From the NCBI GenBank assembly GCA_964016885.1, contig OZ024741.1:303800001-303864000 (forward strand): a stretch of 64,000 nucleotides of DNA, read 5' to 3'. The stretch is from Eledone cirrhosa (taxonomy: Eukaryota). A program made the position numbers and the translations under genes. Of this stretch, positions 41,241 through 52,779 are shown in pieces (the stretch's first letter is position 1; each line of letters opens with the position of its first letter). The notes below the pieces were generated by a model, which saw only the letters and a program-made list of their open reading frames with translations, did no database searches and was not told the DNA's origin.

Positions 41241-41413
41241 AGATTCAGGACGCCAATGGCTGAGCTCCGGCCGTTTCGACAGCTGGATCCGAGCTGATCC
41301 AGCTGTCGAAACGGCCGGAGCTAACCCACTGGGGTCCTGAATCTTTTCATATTACCCACTCTACTACCCTAAGTATCGAGTACTCTGGTGCGTTATGGTC
41401 CACCCTCTTTACT
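41235..41413 (+). mobile_element. Palindromic mini-PLE end (half-HHR) plus shared tail
   Basis: 116-bp hairpin around cagctgtcGAAACGGC, then tacccactctactaccctaagtatcgagtact; embedded in (TA)n. Confidence 0.8.
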
Positions 41414-41431
41414 ATATATATATATATATAT

Positions 41432-41561
<130 letters not shown>

Positions 41562-41608
41562 AATGAATAATAACAGGTAGACATCATAAAAAGGTAATTT
41601 ATTCCGTG

Positions 41609-41720
41609 TGCTTACAAGTGTTTCCACGGTGGTACTGCAGCCTAGTTCCGCTACGTGCAAATTCACAAGTATTTGCAGAACTCGAATATCCAATGCTGTG
41701 ACCACTGTTTCCTCAGAGCA
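41609..41720 (-). ncRNA. Type I hammerhead with long helix II (inverted pLTR copy)
   Basis: Reverse complement of 43261-43372. Confidence 0.75.
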
Positions 41721-41745
41721 GAATGGTAAATGTACAATGTAAAAA

Positions 41746-42756
41746 CGCCTATCGTCTAACTCTGATATTTTTAGTGAACATGCTGAATACTACAATAATG
41801 CATTAAGGAATGCTGACCACCGGGATACAATAGAATACATCGATAGTAATTTCCACAACACACATAGCTCTACACGTAATCAAGGTATACGTAACCGGGG
41901 GACTAAAACACAAGCACACACACACGGTACTACCAGACATACTAATAATAGAAGATCACCACCAAATAAATCACGTTGTAGAAAGTATATCTGGTATAAT
42001 CCTATTTTTAATGCCTCGATTAGTACAAAACTATCTCTTTCATTCTTTAAATTAATCAATAAACACTTCCCTAGTTCCCATAAGTACAGCAAAATTCTGA
42101 ACTCTAAAACTATTAGACTATCGTACTCCACGGCACCTAACCTTGAAGCATACATAAAAAAACTTAACTTAAGGCAATTAAACAACTCTACAAAACAAAA
42201 CATTTTAGTAACAGATGGGCAGAACGCAATATCTGCCTCCCAACCACTAAATGGGAGACGGGTATTACACAACCCACCTGTACCGCTATCACAACCTATC
42301 CATGGTATACCCGCTACCCACAACAAAGAATGTAACTGCCATCTACCTGAAAGATGTCCATTGCAGAATGAATGCCTAAAGTCCAACATTGTTTACCAAT
42401 GCACGGTTGAATCGAACGACCAGAAATGGTATTATATCGGATCTACCACCACATCGTTTAAATCTCGCTGGTACCGTCATCGATTCTCAATCAAACATCC
42501 GAATCACTGTTTTGTGACCACGCTCGCCAACAAGACCTGGCAACTCCGTGAACACAACCAACAGTTCACCTTAAAATGGGATATACTTTCCAGCGCAATT
42601 GCATATCGGAGTGGATCGAAGTACTGCAGGTTATGTAACCTTGAGCTATTTTACATACTAAAATCCAAAAACAAACTACTTAACGATAGAATTGAACGAT
42701 CATTATACTGCAACCACAAACTAAAAGCTAAATTCTCTCACTATAAAATAACTTAA
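41746..42756 (+). CDS. Uninterrupted C-terminal ~336 aa of a PLE ORF (RT thumb, CxC linker, GIY-YIG endonuclease); lacks its 5' end
   Basis: Open frame RLSSNSDIF...IWYNPIF...KHFPSSHKYSKILN...CNCHLPERCPLQNECLKSNIVY...YYIGSTTTSFKSRWYRH...CRLCNLE...LLNDR...CNH*. Confidence 0.88.
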   Translation, partial: RLSSNSDIFSEHAEYYNNALRNADHRDTIEYIDSNFHNTHSSTRNQGIRNRGTKTQAHTHGTTRHTNNRRSPPNKSRCRKYIWYNPIFNASISTKLSLSFFKLINKHFPSSHKYSKILNSKTIRLSYSTAPNLEAYIKKLNLRQLNNSTKQNILVTDGQNAISASQPLNGRRVLHNPPVPLSQPIHGIPATHNKECNCHLPERCPLQNECLKSNIVYQCTVESNDQKWYYIGSTTTSFKSRWYRHRFSIKHPNHCFVTTLANKTWQLREHNQQFTLKWDILSSAIAYRSGSKYCRLCNLELFYILKSKNKLLNDRIERSLYCNHKLKAKFSHYKIT

Positions 42757-43260
42757 CATTCGAACCCGTAACTACAACACCACTTTCTAGCTAACAACCT
42801 TCTCTTCCCCCCCCCCCCCCCACACTACAAGACAATACACTGCTTATCACTATACATGGTAACTCAGTACAATTCCTAGATTACTACTACAAAACCAAAA
42901 GTTCACTCACCACATATACTTTATCTGTCCCCTCTCTACCTATATATATCTCTCGACATCCATTACACTCTCTCTCTCTCTCACCTTTGACCTACCTCCC
43001 TCTCAACATCTATGAACCTGCCCTCTGGGGCAATAAATAATTCCGACCTCAACTATCTACGCATCTCTCCAAAAGTAACTAATAAAACCCCTACCATAAC
43101 ATTTTGATTAAGATATCTACAAGCCACTCTCTCCTACTTCTCCAACCCCTGCATATCTTTCCTTCTCTCTCCTTCTTCCCTACTTTTCTCTCTTCCTGTT
43201 CCACTCTATCTTCCCCCAACAACCCCACTTAAGGGTTTTTACATTGTACATTTACCATTC

Positions 43261-43372
43261 TGCTCTGAGGAAACAGTGGTCACAGCATTGGATATTCGAG
43301 TTCTGCAAATACTTGTGAATTTGCACGTAGCGGAACTAGGCTGCAGTACCACCGTGGAAACACTTGTAAGCA
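43261..43372 (+). ncRNA. Type I hammerhead with ~85-nt helix II
   Basis: TGCT-CTGAGGA-[AAC A GTGGT..CAGC..AGTTC TGCAAAT/ATTTGCA GAACT..GCTG..ACCAC C GTG]-GAAAC-ACTT-GTA-AGCA; predicted cleavage after 43368. Confidence 0.75.
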
Positions 43373-43564
43373 CACGGAATAAATTACCTTTTTATGATGT
43401 CTACCTGTTATTATTCATTCTTTATATACACTCCGGAATACTGAAGGACCAGGAACTAAGTTTCTTGAACAATTCTTCCATAACTCGTAGAGTAACCTCT
43501 TACCGTACGTCAACCATATCCAGTGTAGTGATTAACCATCACTACATCTTGGATAATCCTATAC

Positions 43565-43666
<102 letters not shown>

Positions 43667-43879
43667 TAACAGATTAAAGTTTAAGCAAAGAATCGGTGCT
43701 TTCACCCTTAACGGGATCTTCTGAAACTAACAAAGTCAATCTGTGAACGCAGAAGTGAATATTTCAAAAAACGTTTCAACCGGGGGAAGACAGGAAGACG
43801 ATACATTGGTTCGTGGAAACGTTCCCTGGCAAAAAGCGTTTTGGCTTGTTTGTCGGAAGTTGTGACACCGGGTGGACCA

Positions 43880-43937
43880 GTAGTACCGTTGATAGGGGTC
43901 GAAACTGCCAAAGTTCATCTCAACGGCCGAAGACCTT
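43880..43937 (+). ncRNA. Compact non-circularly permuted hammerhead-like motif (mutated core)
   Basis: GTAGT-A-CCGTTGA-ta-GGGGTC-GAAA-CTGC...TCAACGG-CCGAAGACCTT. Confidence 0.5.
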
Positions 43938-44033
43938 GTTTTCTCAACGGCCACCTTGTTTTCGTTTATCGTCTCTTTGTTAATTATTCTAATTTTATTT
44001 TATACATACATACACACACACACACACATACAC

Positions 44034-44104
<71 letters not shown>

Positions 44105-44149
44105 TATACATACATATATATATGTATATATATATATATATATATATAC

Positions 44150-44182
<33 letters not shown>

Positions 44183-44368
44183 CATATATATATGTGTATC
44201 GAAATTCTTTCCTTGCTCACATTTCTACCAGGTTCGATGGTCTTTCGTCTCTTGTTCACGATTTCACAGAGTTTATATTCATAGAGATCTGGGACTTGTC
44301 TATTTCTACTCACTTTCCGTTGCTTAAACCCTTTTTGTTGTTACTCTAGCGTCCCCCTTTATTTACGT

Positions 44369-44470
44369 GTCCCAACGACTTTTTTTAGCCGTTGTTCGCA
44401 CCAACCTGAGGCATATGGCCCTTAAAGCGATGAAATGCCGAGGACGGTTGGAGGGTCACTGATGAAGGAC
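44369..44470 (+). ncRNA. Non-circularly permuted hammerhead-like RNA with K-turn (copy 2; intact core)
   Basis: GGCAT-A-TGGCCCT ... GCGAT-GAAA-TGCC ... AGGGTCA-CTGATGA-AGGAC; predicted cleavage after 44415. Confidence 0.65.
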
Positions 44471-44486
44471 TCACTTTTTCATATAA

Positions 44487-44886
<400 letters not shown>

Positions 44887-45592
44887 AGTATATTTTCCAA
44901 CATATGCGTACAGATGTACACTAATGCTAGCAAATACATAAGTTATGTCATAGTACCTAGGTGGTTCAATGCAGGAGGATGCAGAACAATTATATGAAAG
45001 ACGTAAAATAAGAAAATTTTAAAAATTAAAAATTAACTTACTTACTAAAATTTTCACTCCAACTAATTAGTTTTTGTAATGGGATAAAGATAGTTACGCA
45101 ATGTAACCATCGAGAATTCATTACATATATATATATATATATATATTCCGTAATATTTTAAAATGTTTAAACGTTAACTGAATGACCATTGAATACCGGT
45201 AGGTGGAGTGTATAAATATATTTTATATAGAGAGATTTGTGTGTGTGTGTGTGTGTGTGTGACAGAGAGAGAGAGTATTATGTGCGTGTGTGCGTGCGTG
45301 TGTACCTGAAATAGAGGAAGAGAGAGAGAGAGTCAGACAGAGAAAGAGGGATTGGTTGTGTTTCTATGTGTATACGCATTAGTTTGCATGAGTGTGTCTG
45401 TCTGTATCTGTGTGTGTAGGTACTTGTTTTTACGTTCATATATTTGTTCTTTAATTCTGCATACACACATACAGCCATACACACATACACACATGTATGT
45501 CCGTATGTATGTACGTATATAAGTATGCATGTGTGTATGTATTCATGTATGTATGTAAGTATGTATGTGTGTATGTATGCATGTATGTGTGT

Positions 45593-46127
45593 ATGTCGGG
45601 TCACTCTTAAGTGCTACTGGTATACTGATAACATGTAACCCAGTACAACCTGTTGCATGGTCGGGTCGTCGGCGACTAAGCCGGCAACCCCACCAAGTTT
45701 ACTTGGTGAGGAAGGTGACTTTGGACACCCTGCAGGACAAAAAAGACAAAACCTGACAAAGGGCGGAAGAACTCATAAGAGTCAACGGCCATCCAAAAGT
45801 GTGTAAATATGTATATAGACATGTACCGCGCGGTTAAACCACTGTGAGTGAAGGACCCCTAGCCTTTGTCAGGGCATTCTTCTAGGAGAAGGCAACTCAG
45901 GAAACTGGGATAACTCCGATATAAAACCTGCGGCTCAGTAGTTACTGATGATGTTGATCTTTTCTTCTTTTCGGGTTATAGCTACTGTCGCTCAGAGAGT
46001 GGGATTGGCTCAGTGCACAGTCTTTCCTCACTTTAAAAGATATTCTTCACGATAGAATTAATTAATAATTATTAATAATAGTATATCGTGCAATGGCCAT
46101 ACTCGATAACGAGGGGGCAGCCATCAT
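45593..46127 (+). mobile_element. ~530-bp RTE-associated non-autonomous retroelement in a (TATG)n tract
   Basis: Ends gcagccatcat(gtat)n; near-identical inverted copy at 48101-48616. Confidence 0.8.
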
Positions 46128-46696
46128 GTATGCATGTATGTGTGTATGTATGTAAGCATGTATGTATGTGTGTATGTATGTGTGTATATATGTATGTGTG
46201 TACGTGTGTATGTATGTATAATTCTAGGTTTGGTGTTTACTCGTCTCTCTATGCAAATGTCTGTCTACATCTAAACGTCTCTCATTCTGTGTGTGTGTGT
46301 GTAAGTGCATAAGTGTGTGCGTGTGTATTTGCCTGTGTATGTGTGTGCGTGTGCGTGTATGTGCATGCGTGTATGCGCATGTGTGTATGTGTGTATGTGC
46401 ATATGTGTGTGTATATGTGTGCATGTGTGTGTATGTGTATGTGCATGTGTATGTGCATGTGTGTGCGCATGTGTATGTGCATGTGTGTGTATGTGCATGT
46501 GATGTATGTGCATGTGTGTGTATGTGCATGTGTGTGTGTATGTGAGTGTGTGTGCCTGTGTATTCGTGTATATGCTTGCGTGTATCTGTCTGCAGATATG
46601 TGTTTATGTTTCTCTTTCTCTGAGTGTTTGTGTGTGTGCGTGTATCTGTCTGTAAATATATGTTTGTGCCTCTCTTTCTCTCTGTGTGTGTATCTA

Positions 46697-46795
<99 letters not shown>

Positions 46796-46954
46796 GTGTG
46801 TGTATGTGCGTATGTGTGCGTGTATGTTTCTGCAAATATGTGTTTATGCCTCTCCCTCTCTCTTGCTCTCTTGTTCTCGCTCTCTCTCTCTTTCTCCCTC
46901 ACTCTCTCCCTCTCCCCCCTCTCGCACTCCCCCTCTCACCATATCTCTCTCTCC

Positions 46955-47010
<56 letters not shown>

Positions 47011-47336
47011 ATTTATTCCAGCTAGCTGCTGGTGTCCTGATTGGTCAAACCCAGTTGAGTACACAGAGCAGGTAGAAGGGACGGGAATACTGACTGTGAC
47101 TTTGTATGTATGTATGTATGTATGTATGTATGTATGTATGTATGTATGTATGTTTGTATGTATGTATGTATGTATGTATGTATGTATGTATGTATGTATG
47201 TATGTATGTATGTATGTATGTATGTATGTATGTATGTATGTTTGTATGTTTGTATGTATGTTTGTATGTATGTATGTATATATGTATGTGTATGCGTATG
47301 TATATATATATATATATATGTATGTGTATGCGTATG

Positions 47337-47369
<33 letters not shown>

Positions 47370-47374
47370 ATGCG

Positions 47375-47444
<70 letters not shown>

Positions 47445-48100
47445 TATATACAATATACAATATATATATATATGTATTTATATGTATGTGTAAATGTATG
47501 AATGAGCTGTATGAATGCGTGTGTATGCATGCATGTTTGCATGTATGTATATATGTATGTATGTACGTATGTATGTATGCATGTACGTATGTATTAATCT
47601 ATGTGTACATATACATGTAAACATTTGTGTTCGTGTATATTTGAACGTAATTGTTAATAAGCATACATTAACATATGAATATATGTGTATCCTTCTGGTG
47701 ACTTAGACGTGATTTCGTCTTGAAGCCGCTGGTAGTGCAGGGTTAAGTCAAACTCATTGGTGGATTGGCAGTATCGGTAGAGGGTCGGACGCCATGCTTT
47801 GCAGCAAAGAGTTGCGGCCCTTCATGGTCTGAGTTCAAATCCCGCCGAGGTTAACTTTGCCGTTCATCCTTACGAGGTCGATAAAATAAAGTACCAGTAA
47901 TGCACTGGGTGATTGCTTGCCTTGTGCCAAAAGTAGAAATAATTATATTAATACACACATATATGTGTGTATTGATATACAGACACATATAAGTATTTAT
48001 ACATGTATGCATTATACATGCATGCATTATACATACGTACATACATACATGCTTACATAGATACATACACACATACATGCATACATGCATACCTACGCAC

Positions 48101-48616
48101 ATGATGGCTGCCACCTCGTTATACCATTATTAATAATTATTAATTAATTCTATCGTGCAATTCCTGTGCGTGAAGAATATCTTTTAAAGTGATGAAAGAC
48201 TGTGCACTGAGCCAATCCCACTCTCTGAGCGACAGTAGCTATAACCCGAAAAGAAAAGATCAACATCATCGGTAACTACTGAGCCGCAGGTTTTATATCG
48301 GAGTTATCCCAGTTTCCTGGGTTGCCTTCTCCTAGAAGAATGCCCTGACAAAGGCTAGGGGTCCTTCACTCACAGTGGTTTAACCGCGCGGTACATGTCT
48401 ATATAAATATTTACACACTTTTGGATGGCCGTTGATTCTTATGAGTTCTTCCGCCCTTTGTCAGGTTTTGTCTTTTTTGTCCTGCAGGGTGTCCAAAGTC
48501 ACCCTCCTCACCAAGTAAACTTGGTGGGGTTGCCGGTTTAGTCGCCGACGACCCGACCATGCAGCAGGTTGTACTGGGTTACATGTTATCAGTAGCACTC
48601 AAGAGTGACCCGACAT
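48101..48616 (-). mobile_element. Inverted copy of the 45593 element
   Basis: Reverse complement matches 45593-46127 with few differences. Confidence 0.8.
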
Positions 48617-48907
48617 ATACTTACGTACATACATACATACAAACATACAAACATACATACATGCATACATACATGCATACATACAAACATACATACATGC
48701 ATACATACATGCATACATACATGCATACATACATACATACATACATACATACATACATACATACATACATACATACAAACATACATACATAGTATATCTG
48801 AGTTTTTATTCTTTTGCCCCAAGTGATGTCTGATTGAGCAGACCAAGTGACCGCGTCGATGGTCTCCTATGGTTGAATGAATGTGTATGGGTGACATACA
48901 CACTTAT

Positions 48908-49029
<122 letters not shown>

Positions 49030-49600
49030 CGGCGATGAATTAGTTTTGCGATGCTACCCCTGGAGGGAAATTAGCTAACCAGTGTAGAAAGGCCCTGAGA
49101 AGACCCACTTAAAGATTAAGGTGGTAGAAAAGCCAGGAACCACCATAAAATCCCTGATCATCAAAACCTACCCTTTTACGAAATGTATTATATGTAACCT
49201 ACCCTTTTAGGAAATGTATTATATGTAAAGTAAACCCCCGGATAAACTGTAAAACTAGAAACGTAGTCTATAGCATAAGAGGTACAGAGGGTACTTGCAG
49301 AAACATGACAACAACATACATAGGTGAGACAGCTCGTAGCATAGGTGAAAGGATAGACCAACACTGGGGGGAACTAAAAGGACGAAAAAAACGGTTCAGT
49401 ACTATAAGAACATGCCAGACAACAACACAAGGGTAACATAGACAACATAGAAATTAGAATAATATCTAAACATAGAAATGACCCAGCAGATAGGCAAATC
49501 AGAGAGGCCAGCGAAATAGAACTTAGAAGGCCAAGGCTAAACAGAAAAAATGAATGGAATAACAACAACACCCAAACAAACAACACCCAAACAAACAACA
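49030..49600 (+). pseudogene. Penelope-like (Neptune-like) GIY-YIG endonuclease relic
   Basis: IKVVEKPGTTIKSLIIKTYPF, CKTRNVVYSI...YIGETARSIGERIDQH...RQIREASEI...LNRKNEW. Degenerate HHR-like CTGACAT-TGTTGCA/TGCAAC-GAAA at 49859-49886. Confidence 0.85.
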
Positions 49601-50267
49601 CCTAAGAGAAGTATAAATAAATAAATAAATACATACACAAGCACAATAACAACAAACACATATAAACACACACTAATAAACTAAGATAGAATACAATAAC
49701 CAATACACAGTCACCCAAACACGAACACACATCAAACAAAACACTATACACACACGCAAACGCATGTGCAGAGAAGACAAAAAAAAATAAATAAATAAAC
49801 AGACTAAATAAAGATGGCGTAGGCATACAATACAACGGGAGGAAACATAATAGCACCACTGACATTGTTGCAGATGTGCAACGAAAGAACTTCGTTAGAC
49901 TATATATATGTGTTTGTGTCTATATTGTATCTGTATTTTTTACCGTTGGTCAGTCAATGGTAACATTGAGGACCGAATAAATTAAATTAACCGATATAAA
50001 AGACACAGAAGCGAAAACCAACCAAACAGTGAGTGTGTTCTGTTATTAATTCTTGCAATATTATTACACAAATATGACCCTCCCCGGATTGGCAGTATCG
50101 GTAGAGGGTCGGACGCCATGCTTTCAAGCATAGTTACGTCCCTTTACGATTTGAGTTCAAATCCCGCCGAGGTTGACTCTGCCTTTCATCCTTACGGGGT
50201 CGATAAAATAAAGTACCAGTAGTACACTGGGAAATTGCTGGCCTTGTTCCTAAAGTAGAAACAAGTA

Positions 50268-51134
50268 TCTATAAAAGGCAGATTGTTGTTGTTGTTGTTG
50301 TTGTTGTGTGTGTGCATGTTCCATGTTTATACATTTGCACAATTTCAAACCGATTCGACTCAATGTATGTAAGAAAGTTGTAAATGATCTAACTTAGGTC
50401 ACCGACTATTTATTTATTTTAAACTCACTCACAATTACGGAAATAATCGATAAAACTAAATACATGACGCTTTACCCCTCTAATACAATCCGATCCTCTC
50501 TCTACTCCCCTTAAAATTCGACAAAACTACATACATGCTGCAACTTTCTCTTATACACGCTTAAACTTACAAACTTCCTTTAGGAACGTCGAAGAAAGAG
50601 GAGAGAAAGAAATGAAGGAGAGAGAGAGAGAAGAGAGAGAACGTTTGTTTTTGAGTCGAAACAACAATTATTCAAAAGCAACAGATAAATGTATTCAACA
50701 ACAAAAAATATAGCGATAAATCTTTTTTAAAACATCTCTCAATAATATCCTCTATGAGGTCACTAAACCTGCTAGAAACAGCACCTAACTCTACCCCATA
50801 TCACACCCCTCCCTACTGTCTTAAATTTAAAAAACACACATTAGACAACCATGCAGAACAACTCCGTAGCAGCTCTGTTGTTCGGCTGGCATCGTCTACG
50901 CGCGTGTTGCGCAAGTACTGTGAAACAATAAATTTCAACACTTCTTTGCACAGAGATAATATCCATAGGCGAAACTACAATTGTCACTGCTGGCGCAGCT
51001 CCTGCTTCGGCAGTCCAGGTCTGCAATTCATTCACCCAGTGCCTGGCAGACAAAAAAGTGCTGCCATAAAATGGGTGGTGCAACCTAACTTTAGTAACTT
51101 ACTGACCCCGAGCAACGCCGGGCTTTAATGCTAG
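50268..51134 (+). mobile_element. Non-autonomous Helitron
   Basis: A|TCTATA 5' end, subterminal hairpin CCCGAGCAACGCCGGG, CTAG|T 3' end. Confidence 0.7.
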
Positions 51135-51202
51135 TATATATATATGTCTGTGTGTATTTACATATACATATTTATGTATATATCTACATATATATATATA
51201 CA

Positions 51203-52135
51203 CTAGCAGTGGTACCCGGCGTTGCACGGGACAAGGTTTTGGAACGCGGGCCACCAACAGACCTAATCATGGAAAAACTGCATGCCTGGACAATATGTAA
51301 AGAAAATAAACCGAATACTCTGATGGCTGGATAATCTTTAATATTTTTTCTCGATGAAGCAGGAAAAATGCAGGTTTTCACCTAATGTGGGCCCTAGGGG
51401 ATCAAGAAAATAATTTTTTTTATGTGCATAATATGCCTTGAAATTTCGGGAAAATCGGCTAGACATAACGCCTCAAAAAAGCCCTAAAAAGCTGAGAAAA
51501 TGAAGTTTTTCACCTAATGCGGGCCCTAGGCCATAAAAAAGTTGGATTTTCTTTGCTCACGGTATGAAGAAGAGACTGACTAATACATAGTTACAATTTC
51601 AAGGAAATCGGTCTGTCGTAACGCCTCAAAAAACCCCTAAAAATGTTTAAAAACGCAGTTTTTCACCTAATGCGGGCCCTAGGAGATCAAAACGTTGAAT
51701 TTTTTATGTGCATAACACTCCCTGAAACATAAGTAATACACATGTAAAGTTTGAAAAAAACGGTTGGGTACTTCTCGAGTTTTAGGGATTCAAACTCACA
51801 GACACACACACACACACACACACAGACAGATATCCTCAGGGAAGTGACGTAGTGCAGACAGCCAGACATACAGACAGATATTATAAGGGCGCGACGTTAT
51901 ATGTATGTATCTTTCTAAAAAGAGAAAGACTAAGAATTATAGAGAGAGATCGCTAAATCGCCTAATGCGGTCCCTAGGGCCATGAAAATTTGAAATGTTG
52001 TTTGCTCAGAACACTCCCTGAAATATAAGTATTACATGTGTAAAGTTTGAAAACAGTCGGTTGGGTGGTTCTCGAGTTTTAGGGATTCAAACATACACAC
52101 ACACAGACAGACATCCTCAGTTTTATATATATAGA
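51203..52135 (-). mobile_element. Non-autonomous Helitron with internal tandem repeats
   Basis: + strand ACTAG...CCCGGCGTTGCACGGG and TTTATATATATAGAT ends; internal cacctaatgcgggccctagg units at ~51379, 51511, 51665, 51961. Confidence 0.8.
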
Positions 52136-52435
52136 TGATGGCTGCAACTCTATTTCAAGTAATGCCATCGCTTGATACTTAAGCATGAGCATCACAGACG
52201 TGGCTTTTTAGTCCTGCTAGGGACTTGCCTATGGCCAGCAATATCATGCACTGCAGAAAATATCACATATCAAGCGATGCCTGTGCCTGAAGCTTTTTTT
52301 AAGTGAGGAAAGGCTTTGCACGAGGCCACTCCCACTCTCTAAACATCGAATGCATTTGCGCAAAAAGAAGATGCAGCATTGGATGCAAACGAAGTGGCAG
52401 GGGTTATCTCAGAGTGACCTCCTAGAGAGATGTTT
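52134..52435 (-). mobile_element. RTE-associated short element, 3' part
   Basis: Reverse complement gagagtgggagtgg...cctttcctcacttaaaa, GKSLAGLK-like relic, ends gcagccatcat. Confidence 0.55.
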
Positions 52436-52779
52436 TAATGGAGACTAGAAATCTTTCGCTCCAAAAAAAAAAACAAAAAAAAACAAAAAAAAACACATAC
52501 ATACATACATACATACATACATACATACATACATACATACATACATGATTTCCCTATTAGTAGTGGTTTAAAATACAGCTGTATGTTGCCAACAATATTA
52601 TTTACTTTATATTTTACTGCTATGATCAATTAGTTACATTTTAAAACCCTTGTTCTTCTTGTCGTATGACATATGCACAATAGTTAGAGAGAAAGGTCAA
52701 ACCAGCGAGCCAGACTAAGGTGTCATTTGCAGCATTATGGATTGCCTTCAGGTCACCAGGAAAACGTCTGAGGGACAAT

